A DNA stretch of 64,000 nucleotides. Origin: Clostridia bacterium. Lineage in GTDB: Bacteria > Bacillota > Clostridia > UMGS1883. The notes below the pieces were generated by a model that saw only the letters and a list, made by a program, of their open reading frames with translations, did not search any database and was not told the DNA's origin. Below are positions 1-8,876 of the stretch, piece by piece (position 1 is the stretch's first letter; every line of letters begins with the position of its first letter). The stretch covers positions 283-64,282 of the forward strand of contig JAZRTB010000026.1 in assembly GCA_045651805.1 (NCBI GenBank), given 5' to 3'. Made by a program: the position numbers and the translations under genes.

Positions 1-725
1 AGAGTGCGACTGTTGCTATTATCTGGGTTGTTCTTTCACTTGCAGCAGTTATCGTTATTGCATACCTTGGCAGAATGTTCGTATACTCAAATGGCACAGA
101 CCTTTCAGAAGTGCTTCTTGCCGAAGGCAACCAGTCACTTATTTTCGTAGAGCTTGCTCGTGACGTATTCCCCAAGTTTATTGCAGGTCTTCTTCTTGCG
201 GCAATCATTGCGGCATCAATGTCAACAGCAGACTCACAGCTTCTCGTTGCGGCATCATCCTTTGCAAGCGACCTTTATAAGCCCATTATAAGAAAGCAGG
301 CTTCCAATAAGGAAATGATGTGGGTAAGCAGACTTATTGTTCTTGCAATTGCTGTAGTTGCTTACTTCATCGCAAGTAGCGAGGGTGAAGCGGCACAGGC
401 TATTATGAACCTTGTATCAAATGCCTGGGGTATCTTCGGTGCGGCATTCGGTCCCGTAGTTCTTCTTTCACTTTTCTGGAAGAGATTTACTTATAAGGGT
501 GCTGTTGCAGGTATTCTCGCAGGTGCGATTTTCGATATGGCTTGGTTGTGGCTTCCCGTTTCAGCAGGAAAAACACTTGTTGCAATTACAGGCGTGTATG
601 AGCTTCTTCCTGCATTCATCTTCGGTGGCATTGTAGCAATTATAGTTACACTGATTGATAAGAAGCCTTCAGCAGCAGTTGAGGCTATATTTGATGCAGC
701 TACAGACAACTCAATCGACGACTAA
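1..725 (+). CDS. putP: sodium:solute symporter (SSS family, proline-type), C-terminal part; 5' end lies outside the window
   Basis: The frame is open from the window edge (phase starts at nt 3) to TAA at 723-725. The translation is multi-TM with AASMSTADSQLL and FGPVVLLSLFWKR segments typical of PutP/SSS carriers. Confidence 0.75.
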   Translation, partial: SATVAIIWVVLSLAAVIVIAYLGRMFVYSNGTDLSEVLLAEGNQSLIFVELARDVFPKFIAGLLLAAIIAASMSTADSQLLVAASSFASDLYKPIIRKQASNKEMMWVSRLIVLAIAVVAYFIASSEGEAAQAIMNLVSNAWGIFGAAFGPVVLLSLFWKRFTYKGAVAGILAGAIFDMAWLWLPVSAGKTLVAITGVYELLPAFIFGGIVAIIVTLIDKKPSAAVEAIFDAATDNSIDD

Positions 726-735
726 TAAAAGTGTC

Positions 736-961
736 GGGATGTTAAAAACGCCCTGAACACAAAAGGCAATTAAAAGAATATTTAAATTTGTGCTAAAAAC
801 ATCAATTAATTTGTTCAAAGTAGAGAAACCATATGATAATATGGTTTCTCTTTATTTTACTTCTTTTGTTACGAACAAACTTCACCTCGACGTACCCTCG
901 TACGCCTTCGGTTCCACCCTTCGGGCTCAGTTTGTCCGTTCAGGACGTTTTTTCCTATCCC
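736..961 (+). repeat. Copy A of the 5-copy TIR-bounded structured intergenic element (~226 bp)
   Basis: Starts GGGATGTTAAAAACGCCCTGAAC and ends GTTCAGGACGTTTTTTCCTATCCC (inverted ends). It contains the shared core ACGAACAAACTTCACCTCGACGTACC..GTACGCCTTCGG..CAGTTTGTCCGTTC. It begins 10 nt after the putP stop. Confidence 0.8.
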
Positions 962-974
962 TCCTGATTTCTCT

Positions 975-1024
975 CGCCCTGAACACAAAGGGCAATTAAA
1001 AGAATATTTAAATTTGTGCTAAAA
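975..1024 (+). repeat. 50-bp direct duplicate of the internal 5' part of copy A (matches 749-799 with 1 mismatch)
   Basis: CGCCCTGAACACAAA(A/G)GGCAATTAAAAGAATATTTAAATTTGTGCTAAAA is seen twice, at 749-799 and 975-1024. Confidence 0.85.
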
Positions 1025-1032
1025 GCATAAAT

Positions 1033-1063
1033 AGAAAGACGGAGGATTTTCCTCCGTCTTTCT
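1033..1063. terminator. Hairpin terminator between the convergent putP/element A and yitT
   Basis: AGAAAGACGGAGG-ATTTT-CCTCCGTCTTTCT has a perfect 13-bp stem with T-rich flanks and overlaps the yitT stop codon. Confidence 0.6.
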
Positions 1064-1979
1064 ATTTGTCTATATTTGTTTTAAATACATCCGCAACTTC
1101 TGAAATTGTTATATACGCTCCCGCATCAACTCCGTGAACAATATCACGCATTTTTGAAATCTGAAAACGGTCAACAATGAAATAGAGCATCGTTTTATCT
1201 TCGTTTGAATAACCGCCCTTTGCAGGGATTTTTGTAATACCGCTTCCAAAAGCCACCATAAGCTCCGCTGAAACTTCATCTGCTTTTGAAGTAATTATCA
1301 TAGCCGCTTTTGAACGGTCAATACCTTCTACAATAAAGTCGATTGTTTTCAGTCCCGCATAGTATGTAACTATCGAATAAAGGGGAAGAATCCAGCTTCC
1401 GAGAATAAAGCCGCCGATAATGTACAAAATCACGTTGTACACCATTACGAAAGTACCAACGGTAACTCCTATCTTTTTCGCAAAAGTTACAGCCATAACT
1501 TCAACACCGTCAATGGCACCGCCGAAACGGATTGTGAGACCACTTCCTATTCCCGAGATAATACCGCCGAAAAGGGCACATAACAGAAGGTCTTGTCCTG
1601 CAAGGGGTGACGCAAGAGACACATCTATCGGAAGTATATCCGTAATAAGCCACGCACCAAGAGAATACATTGCCACCGCATATAACGAATACACCGTGAA
1701 TGCAAATCCTTGCTTCTTATATCCGATAATAAAAAGCGGAATATTCAGAATCAGCAGAAACATTGAAAGGGTAAGGTATGGCGGTGTTACCTGCGACACA
1801 AGCATTGCCGTACCTGAAATACCGCTGTCGTAAAGCTTCACAGGTGTCAGAAACACCGTGATTCCGAAGGCGTTGATAAAACCCGCTATCGCAAGAAGCA
1901 GAAACTTTATCGGCTCTATTTTATTCAGTATTTTTTTATAAATTCTTCCTGTTTTGTTAAAATTCTTTGAATCCTTCAC
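1062..1979 (-). CDS. YitT-family membrane protein (DUF2179 C-terminal domain)
   Basis: 305-aa ORF with five or six TM helices followed by a soluble C-terminal domain. The architecture matches YitT and the adjacent paralog. Confidence 0.75.
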   Translation of the reverse strand: MKDSKNFNKTGRIYKKILNKIEPIKFLLLAIAGFINAFGITVFLTPVKLYDSGISGTAMLVSQVTPPYLTLSMFLLILNIPLFIIGYKKQGFAFTVYSLYAVAMYSLGAWLITDILPIDVSLASPLAGQDLLLCALFGGIISGIGSGLTIRFGGAIDGVEVMAVTFAKKIGVTVGTFVMVYNVILYIIGGFILGSWILPLYSIVTYYAGLKTIDFIVEGIDRSKAAMIITSKADEVSAELMVAFGSGITKIPAKGGYSNEDKTMLYFIVDRFQISKMRDIVHGVDAGAYITISEVADVFKTNIDK

Positions 1980-2796
1980 CTAATACCTCCCTCGCCTCGC
2001 TCACAATGATAAAGGCGGTTTTATCAATTTCCTTAATTTTATTTACAAGCCTTGGAAGTTGTTTCGGGCTTACCACACAAAGGAGCATCATATTATCCTG
2101 CCCGGTATATATGCCCTTACTGTAAACTCCCGTAACACCTCTTTCAAAGGAATCTATAATCATTTGCGAAATCTCCGCATTCTTCGCAGACATTATATAT
2201 ACGGATTTTGCCGCATCACCCATGGTCATAATGGAATCCGTCACTTTTGAAGCAATGAACATTGCTATGGAACTGTAAAAGGTTATAATATAGCTCTTGA
2301 ACACAATGCCCGCAATTATAATTATTGCACCGTCAATAAAAAGTATAAGCGTTGCAAGAGGAATGTGCGGAAAGAATTTTTTAAGAATAAGTCCTGCAAA
2401 ATCACTTCCGCCGGTTGATGCCTCCACTTTAACGACAAAGCCGACACCGATTCCGACAAGTGCACCACCGATTACAGTTGCTATAAACATATCCTGTCCG
2501 AATATGGGCAAGTATTTTGTAATTTCAAGAAATATCGATAGAAAAACAATTCCTGCAACAGTTCTTAACATCGAGTTTTTTCCTACATATTTATATCCGA
2601 TAACAAAAAGTACCGCATTGAAAAAGATATTTGTAACAGACATCGGAATATTTAATTTATACAAAAGTATCGTTCCGATTGAGCTTACGCCACCCGATGA
2701 GATTTTGCACGGAACAAGAAACATATTAAGTCCCGCCGCAAGCAAAAACGCACCGATTGCAATAAAAATATAGCTCTTTACTGTTTTTAATTTCAT
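1957..2796 (-). CDS. YitT-family membrane protein (paralog)
   Basis: 279-aa ORF with the same TM-plus-soluble-domain layout. It overlaps the downstream paralog by 23 nt. Confidence 0.75.
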   Translation of the reverse strand: MKLKTVKSYIFIAIGAFLLAAGLNMFLVPCKISSGGVSSIGTILLYKLNIPMSVTNIFFNAVLFVIGYKYVGKNSMLRTVAGIVFLSIFLEITKYLPIFGQDMFIATVIGGALVGIGVGFVVKVEASTGGSDFAGLILKKFFPHIPLATLILFIDGAIIIIAGIVFKSYIITFYSSIAMFIASKVTDSIMTMGDAAKSVYIMSAKNAEISQMIIDSFERGVTGVYSKGIYTGQDNMMLLCVVSPKQLPRLVNKIKEIDKTAFIIVSEAREVLGEGFKEF

Positions 2797-2800
2797 TATA

Positions 2801-4042
2801 TCATCCTTTTAAATCTTTATATAAGTACAAAGACCCACATATAAGGATAGTATTTCCTTTTTCACGGGCAATATTATATGCCGCCTGAATATTTTCGCAA
2901 GGGGTTGCATTAAATCCGAATTTTCCGAATTTTTCCGCAAGTGCCTCTGCAGTTGCCGCACGGGGATTATCCTTTACCTGCACAGTAAAAATTTCTGCTT
3001 TTTCGCAGAATCCATGTTCTTTCATAAGTGCGAGAGATGCATTGATATCCTTGTCCGCCATAGCACCGTAAATAATTGAAAGCTTTTCGCCTGCAAAATA
3101 TCTTTCCACCGCATCAACAAGCGCAGTTGTGCCATTAAGGTTATGTGCACCGTCAAAAATTACTGCAGGATTATCCGCAAGCTTTTCAAATCTGCCTATA
3201 TTTCTTGCACGTTCAAGCCCTGTGCGTATGTATTTTTCATCAATGCCGAGATATTTTGCAGTCTGAACGGCAAGTGATGCATTTTCCGTCTGATGAAGTC
3301 CCGCAAGGTAAATTTTAAGGTCTTTCATATCACCGATATCAAACTTTTCGCAAAGACCCTCGTGGGAGCCGTTTTCGGGTTTTTCTGCTATAATAAAGCT
3401 ACTGTTTCGCTCTTTTGAAGCTTCTGAAAGAACCTCCATAACCGCACCTTTTTGAGGAGTTACGATAACTGCACTATTATCCTTTATAATGCCTGCCTTT
3501 TCAAAGGCAATTTTTTCGATAGTGTCACCAAGATATTCCGTGTGGTCAACATCAATTTTCGTAATCACGCTGCAAAGCGGAGCTTTTATGATATTGGTTG
3601 CATCAAGGCGTCCGCCGAGACCTGTTTCAAGGACAACTATATCACACTTTTCTTTTTCAAAATATATAAATGCTGCCGCAGTCCATATCTCAAACTGGGT
3701 TGGCATAGCACCTTTTTCCTTTTCTACTTCCTTTGCGTGTTTTTCAACCTCCGAAAGGATTTCATCAAGTTCACTTTGCGAAATGTCTTTACCGTCAATG
3801 CTTATACGCTCTGTCACGTCAATCATATTAGGGGAAATGAATTTTCCCGTTTTAAGACCGCTGTCCGTGAGCATACAGGAAAGAAATGCACAGGTAGAGC
3901 CTTTTCCGTTAGTTCCTGCAACGTGAACAAATTTAAGATTATCCTGGGGATTTCCGCACTTTTCGCAAAGTGCCCCTACGGATTCAAGTCCAAGACGGCT
4001 TTTCGCCTGAAAGCTGTTTGCATATGTTTTAAAATCACTCAT
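2801..4042 (-). CDS. folC: bifunctional folylpolyglutamate synthase / dihydrofolate synthase
   Basis: 413 aa with the Mur-ligase P-loop VAGTNGKGST. Its start overlaps the folT stop (ATGA). Confidence 0.9.
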   Translation of the reverse strand: MSDFKTYANSFQAKSRLGLESVGALCEKCGNPQDNLKFVHVAGTNGKGSTCAFLSCMLTDSGLKTGKFISPNMIDVTERISIDGKDISQSELDEILSEVEKHAKEVEKEKGAMPTQFEIWTAAAFIYFEKEKCDIVVLETGLGGRLDATNIIKAPLCSVITKIDVDHTEYLGDTIEKIAFEKAGIIKDNSAVIVTPQKGAVMEVLSEASKERNSSFIIAEKPENGSHEGLCEKFDIGDMKDLKIYLAGLHQTENASLAVQTAKYLGIDEKYIRTGLERARNIGRFEKLADNPAVIFDGAHNLNGTTALVDAVERYFAGEKLSIIYGAMADKDINASLALMKEHGFCEKAEIFTVQVKDNPRAATAEALAEKFGKFGFNATPCENIQAAYNIAREKGNTILICGSLYLYKDLKG

Positions 4043-4578
4043 TGTCTGCCATCCTTTTTAGTAAAATCTTTTAATCTGAAAACGAATTTTTTTGTAATAC
4101 ACATTGCGGTTATCTGCACCGCAAGAAGTACTGCCGCAGGAATTACCCTGACACTGCATGCCGTCAGGAAGTTCGGAAAATATCCCACATCTGCAAGAAT
4201 TTTTGACATTACGGTCATACTTATCACAAACTGAAGCACACCGCACACAACAGCTCTTACATAATACATTTTATTGTCTTTCGCTTTGTAAAAGCACAAG
4301 CCGAAAACCACACCGCACAAAAATTCAACTGCCGTAATCTGCGGAAGCGGCGGACCCACGGGGAAAAGCACAGAATTAAGAACATCTGCAATCGCACCTA
4401 CAATTCCCCCTGCCACCGGTCCGAAAATCACCCCTGTAAAAAATACGGAAATGAATTTTGTGGGAATTTTTATCTGATTGCCTATTCTGAAAGTTGCATA
4501 TATTCCCAGAATAGCTGTGATTGCCGTAAACACGGCGAAAAGACAAATCTCTCTTGTAGTAATTTTTTTCTTTTTCAT
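4039..4578 (-). CDS. folT: folate ECF-transporter S component
   Basis: The start is taken at the internal MKKKKITTREICLF (nt 4578), directly after the riboswitch terminator. The product is a small 5-6 TM protein upstream of folC. The 54-codon N-terminal extension in the ORF track covers riboswitch RNA. Confidence 0.75.
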   Translation of the reverse strand: MKKKKITTREICLFAVFTAITAILGIYATFRIGNQIKIPTKFISVFFTGVIFGPVAGGIVGAIADVLNSVLFPVGPPLPQITAVEFLCGVVFGLCFYKAKDNKMYYVRAVVCGVLQFVISMTVMSKILADVGYFPNFLTACSVRVIPAAVLLAVQITAMCITKKFVFRLKDFTKKDGRQ

Positions 4579-4580
4579 AA

Positions 4581-4617
4581 ATAAAACGACCTTTCTGCAG
4601 GTCGCTGCAGAAAGGTC
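4581..4617 (-). terminator. Intrinsic terminator (expression platform of the THF riboswitch)
   Basis: On the minus strand GACCTTTCTGCAG-CGAC-CTGCAGAAAGGTC is followed by GTTTTATTT, immediately before the folT ATG. Confidence 0.75.
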
Positions 4618-4635
4618 ATTAGTATGCCTATAGTG

Positions 4636-4810
4636 CAGCAACGGAATGCGAAACCGCAACCGCAAATGACAAGCAAATGCAAAATGATGGTTGATATTTG
4701 TCCTTGACAAATATTTTTTTATTTTGTTTTCGCATCTCACTTGTCACTTTTCGTCAGAGAAGCAACTTCCCGTCTTCTCCACACTTAACGCAGCAGTTTC
4801 TACTTTGCTG
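4636..4810 (-). promoter_or_regulatory. THF (tetrahydrofolate) riboswitch aptamer carrying a large inserted hairpin
   Basis: The minus strand reads CAGCAA-AGUAG-AAACUGC-UGCGUUAAGUGUG-GAGAAG-ACGGGAAGUUG-CUUCUC...GCGGUUUC-GCAUUCCG-UUGCUG. GCGUUAAGUGUG and the GGGA.GU.G loop match the E. siraeum THF aptamer as I remember it. P1 (CAGCAA/UUGCUG), P2 (GAAACUGC/GCGGUUUC) and the pseudoknot (CGGGAAG/CAUUCCG) can all be drawn. Confidence 0.7.
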
Positions 4811-4930
4811 AATTTATAATTTATAAATTTGTAAAAATCCAAAATGTCTAAATCAATAATTATAATGGATTTTTGTTTTAACAAAAATCTTCCTTCATTT
4901 CAAATTCCGAACTTCGAATTTCGAATTTGA

Positions 4931-7390
4931 TTATTTCTTCTCTACCAATTTTTCAAGATTCCAAATCTTGTCGTTATATTCGTCTATCGTTCTGTCACTT
5001 GAGAAAAATCCACTCTTTGCGACATTGATGATAGCTTTCTTTGTCCACGTATCTCTGTCTGCATACTCCTTCTGTGCTTTATCGTGGATTTCGCAATAAG
5101 CCTCAAAGTCACGGACAACCATATACACATCTGCCATACCGTGGTCACCGAAAATAAGTGTCTGATAAAGGTCATTATACTTTTTCGGCTCCGCCGGACA
5201 CACGGTACCATCTATAAGCATATCTATAACACGTCTTACAACGGCATTTGTTGTGTAAACATTCTGACTTGAATTCTCATTGAACTGAAGTTCACGGTTA
5301 ACTTCGGGAGTTTTCATGCCAAAGATGAAGATATTTTCATCACCAACACACTCACGCATTTCAACATTTGCACCGTCAAGTGTGCCGATTGTAAGAGCAC
5401 CGTTTGCCATAAACTTCATATTGCCTGTACCGCTTGCTTCCTTACCCGCAGTTGAAATCTGTTCGCTGATGTCTGCAGCAGGAATAATCTTCTGCGCAAG
5501 GCTTACGCCATAGTTTTCAAGGAAAACAAGTTTGATTTTCGAGCTTACAACGGGGTCATTATTAACAAGCTCCGCCACATCGCAGATAAGCTTTATAATA
5601 AGCTTCGCTCTGGCATAACCGGGAGATGCCTTCGCCCCGAAAATAAAGGTGTGGGGATAGATGTCAAAAGACGCATCGTTTTTGATTTTATCATAAAGGT
5701 ACAGAATATGAAGCACATTTAAAAGCTGGCGCTTATACTCATGAAGACGCTTTACCTGAACGTCAAATATGCTCTCGGGATTAACCTCTATACCATTATG
5801 TTCTTTTATATATTCCGCAAGCTCCCTCTTCTTTTCAAGCTTCACAGCTCTGAACTCCTTGCAGAATTCCGCATCTTCCGCAAAGGTAAGAAGCTTTTCA
5901 AGCTCGCTTACATTCTTCACCCATGTTTTGCCGATTTTAGAGGTTATAAGTCTGCTTAACTGGGGGTTTGCAAGACGAAGCCATCTTCTGTAGGTAATAC
6001 CGTTTGTAATCGAAACAAATTTATCGGGAGAAAGATTATTATAATCACGGAACACATCATTTTTAAGTATTTCTGTATGAAGTCCCGATACACCGTTCAC
6101 CTTATGACAGGTTGCAAGGCACATATTTGCCATATTAATATAGTTATGGGCAATTATTGACATATAGTTGATTTTGCCCCAGTCGTCGCCGTATCTTCCG
6201 TGAAGGTCGTAGACAAGACGGTTATTCATTTCCTCAATAATCATATAAATTCTGGGAAGAAGCCTCTGCACCATTTCCATCGGCCATTTTTCAAGAGCCT
6301 CCGCCATAATGGTGTGGTTAGTATATGCAAACACTCTGCACACGATATCCCACGCCTGATCCCAGCCCATTCCCTCTTCATCCATAAGGATACGCATAAG
6401 CTCGGGAATTGCAATTGCAGGGTGCGTGTCATTTATATGAATAGCAATATATTCGGGAAGTCTGTCAAGGTCCTTACCCTTATGATGGCGCTTGAATCTT
6501 GATATAATCCATTGAATTGTACAGGATACAAAGAAATACTGCTGGCGAAGACGAAGTGCCTTTCCTTCCTGATGGTTGTCCTCGGGATAAAGAACTTTAC
6601 TCAGAACTTCCGCAAGAGCTTTTTCCTCAACCGCACGAAGATAATCACCACCGGAGAAGTGCACCATATCAAGGTCACGCTCTGCCCTTGCCGACCAGAG
6701 GCGGAGGGTGTTCACAACCTTGGCATCATAACCCACAATCGGTACATCATAAGGAATACCGATTACATTTGTGGTATCTGAATAATAAACCTTCATCCCT
6801 GCAGGGGTCATTTCCGTGTGAACATTACCACCAAAGCGAACAGTCATCTGCTCTTCAGGGCGGGCAATTTCCCACACGCTGCCGTCGCCAAGCCAATTGT
6901 CGGGAGTTTCTACCTGTTCTCCATTTACTATAAGCTGTTTGAAAAGTCCATACTCATAACGGATTGAACAACCAAAGGACGGAAGCTCAAGCGTTGCGAG
7001 AGAATCGAGGAAGCACGCCGCCAAGCGACCGAGACCGCCATTACCGAGACCTGCATCATTCTCCTGTGCGGCAATTTCCGAAAGAGAGCATCCCATAGAT
7101 TCAAGGACCTTCTCATAGTCATCGGTAAGACCTGTGTTAAGAAGGTTGTTACCGAGAGACCTTCCCATAAGAAATTCAAATGAAAGATAGAAAAGCTCCT
7201 TTTTCTGCGCAGTTCTCTGACTGCGACGGTACTCCGTCCATCTTTCCATAATTTTGTCACGAACGGTAAGTGCCGCAGCCTTATAGATGTGTGCCTTTGT
7301 GGCATCCTCCATAGTTCTTCCGTAATGGCGGTTAAGCTTACCGATTATTTCTTCTTTTATTTTCTGCTGATTTTGTGTAAGTTTTGCCAA
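4931..7390 (-). CDS. glgP: glycogen/alpha-glucan phosphorylase
   Basis: 819 aa containing the PLP-site signature EASGTGNMKFMANG. Confidence 0.95.
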   Translation of the reverse strand: MAKLTQNQQKIKEEIIGKLNRHYGRTMEDATKAHIYKAAALTVRDKIMERWTEYRRSQRTAQKKELFYLSFEFLMGRSLGNNLLNTGLTDDYEKVLESMGCSLSEIAAQENDAGLGNGGLGRLAACFLDSLATLELPSFGCSIRYEYGLFKQLIVNGEQVETPDNWLGDGSVWEIARPEEQMTVRFGGNVHTEMTPAGMKVYYSDTTNVIGIPYDVPIVGYDAKVVNTLRLWSARAERDLDMVHFSGGDYLRAVEEKALAEVLSKVLYPEDNHQEGKALRLRQQYFFVSCTIQWIISRFKRHHKGKDLDRLPEYIAIHINDTHPAIAIPELMRILMDEEGMGWDQAWDIVCRVFAYTNHTIMAEALEKWPMEMVQRLLPRIYMIIEEMNNRLVYDLHGRYGDDWGKINYMSIIAHNYINMANMCLATCHKVNGVSGLHTEILKNDVFRDYNNLSPDKFVSITNGITYRRWLRLANPQLSRLITSKIGKTWVKNVSELEKLLTFAEDAEFCKEFRAVKLEKKRELAEYIKEHNGIEVNPESIFDVQVKRLHEYKRQLLNVLHILYLYDKIKNDASFDIYPHTFIFGAKASPGYARAKLIIKLICDVAELVNNDPVVSSKIKLVFLENYGVSLAQKIIPAADISEQISTAGKEASGTGNMKFMANGALTIGTLDGANVEMRECVGDENIFIFGMKTPEVNRELQFNENSSQNVYTTNAVVRRVIDMLIDGTVCPAEPKKYNDLYQTLIFGDHGMADVYMVVRDFEAYCEIHDKAQKEYADRDTWTKKAIINVAKSGFFSSDRTIDEYNDKIWNLEKLVEKK

Positions 7391-7422
7391 ATTAGTTACA
7401 ACTCCTTAAAAATATGAGTTTA

Positions 7423-8862
7423 TTATACCATTAACTTATTATACACGTCAATGTACTCTTTTACCGAATTTGTCCAGGAAAAATCGGCTTTCATTGCTCT
7501 TTTTACCATAGCATTCCAATTTTTTCTGTTGTTATACCAGGTTGCTTTGGCATAATTTATAACATCCAGCATCTCGTGAGCATTGTAGTTTGTAAAGCTG
7601 AAGCCTGTTCCCGTATTTTCAAACTCGTTATACGGCTCTACACTATCACGGAGACCGCCTGTTTCACGGACGATGGGAAGTGTACCATAACGCATAGAAA
7701 TCATCTGACTTAATCCGCAAGGTTCAAAAAGCGACGGCATCAGGAATGCATCGCAACCTGCGTATATTCTATGACTGACAGCGTTGTCAAACATAATGAG
7801 AGAGGCCACCTTGCCCTTATATTTTTCCTCATAACCGCGAAGCATATTCTCAAACTCCGCTTCGCCTGTGCCAAGGATAATAAGCTGAATATCATCATCC
7901 TTGACAATATCATCCATCACACATTCCACAAGGTCAAGACCTTTCTGCCCTGTAAGACGGGTCACCATACCCACAAGGAATTTATCCTCATTTTCAAAAA
8001 GCCCGAATTCCTTCTGCAGAGCAAGCTTGTTAAGTTTTTTTCTTGACACAAAGTTCCTCAAATCATACTGATTGGGAATATAGGGGTCTTTTGCGCTGTT
8101 CCAGTCATCATAATCAATGCCGTTTATAATGCCTGTAAGACTTTCCTTTCTTGTCTGAAGCAGACCTTCCATTCTTTCTCCGAAAAATTCCGTCATAATC
8201 TCTTCGGAATAAGTCTTGCTGACAGTCGTCACAAAATCGGCATATACAAGTCCCGCTTTCAGCATACTTGCACCGCCGTAAAACTCAATTCCCTCACTTG
8301 TAAAGTAGCTGTCACCAAGCTCGCACACATCCATAAGCGTCCTGATGTCGCATATCCCCTGAAACTTAAGGTTGTGAATCGTCATGACCGTTCTGATGTT
8401 GTCATACCGTTCATCACCGCCGTAATGTGCCTTAAGAAGCACGGGAATCATGCCTGTCTGCCAGTCGTTGCAATGGAGTATATCGGGAAAGAAATCGAGA
8501 ACCCTCATAAGTTCAAGCACCGCCTTGTCAAAAAAGGCAAACTTCTCCGCATCCGTCCACATATCTCCATAAATTTTCTCTGTATCAAAGTAAAATTCAT
8601 TATCCACAAAGTAATAAGTCACGCCGTCTTTCAAAAGCTCAAAAACACCGCAATACTGACTTCTCCAGCTCATCTTTATATAGATGTTTGATATATAGCG
8701 CATTTCGTTTTTATATTTTTCCCCGATTGCACTATATTTGGGAAGAATTACTCTCGCATCACATCCCTGACGGACAAGCTCTGACGGAAGCGCACCCACA
8801 ACATCTGCAAGACCGCCTGTTTTTATAAACGGAGCACATTCACTTGTTGCAAATAAAACTTT
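7423..8862 (-). CDS. glgA: glycogen synthase (ADP-glucose type)
   Basis: MKVLFATSECAPFIKTGGLADV N-terminus. An AAGGA RBS lies 8 nt upstream of this ATG. The ORF track's alternative start is at 8874. Confidence 0.92.
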   Translation of the reverse strand, partial: KVLFATSECAPFIKTGGLADVVGALPSELVRQGCDARVILPKYSAIGEKYKNEMRYISNIYIKMSWRSQYCGVFELLKDGVTYYFVDNEFYFDTEKIYGDMWTDAEKFAFFDKAVLELMRVLDFFPDILHCNDWQTGMIPVLLKAHYGGDERYDNIRTVMTIHNLKFQGICDIRTLMDVCELGDSYFTSEGIEFYGGASMLKAGLVYADFVTTVSKTYSEEIMTEFFGERMEGLLQTRKESLTGIINGIDYDDWNSAKDPYIPNQYDLRNFVSRKKLNKLALQKEFGLFENEDKFLVGMVTRLTGQKGLDLVECVMDDIVKDDDIQLIILGTGEAEFENMLRGYEEKYKGKVASLIMFDNAVSHRIYAGCDAFLMPSLFEPCGLSQMISMRYGTLPIVRETGGLRDSVEPYNEFENTGTGFSFTNYNAHEMLDVINYAKATWYNNRKNWNAMVKRAMKADFSWTNSVKEYIDVYNKLMV

Positions 8863-8876
8863 CATACTGCACATCC

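Noticed and set aside
790-999. 69-aa ORF inside element copy A. Comparable short ORFs occur in other copies, e.g. a 52-codon frame behind an AGGAAAAAATG pseudo-RBS in copy D and part of the 54710-55198 ORF in copy C.
   Set aside because: The copies differ by non-triplet indels, so the frames are not conserved between them. The apparent RBS plus ATG is just the reverse complement of the element's pyrimidine-rich end. I treat these as non-coding.
3452-4234. Long antisense ORFs in the six-frame track. Examples: 3452-4234 opposite folC, 12201-13112 opposite glgB, 10834-11580, 37332-38210 opposite ftsZ, 23562-24209 opposite dnaG, 53378-53956 opposite GH42, and 14726-15145 opposite spoIIP.
   Set aside because: All lie fully inside strongly supported genes on the other strand. 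Their translations are low-complexity or Cys/Phe/Lys-rich, and no RBS is present. These are shadow ORFs.
4579-4740. N-terminal 54 codons of the 233-aa ORF 4039-4740.
   Set aside because: They cover the THF riboswitch 3' half and its terminator. A proper start (MKKKK...) follows the terminator directly.
4860-4930. TTCGAA-rich repetitive stretch (AAATTCCGAACTTCGAATTTCGAATTTG) between glgP and the folT promoter.
   Set aside because: It is short, low-complexity and palindromic. It is most simply the weak terminator/spacer after glgP and is not part of either repeat family described above.
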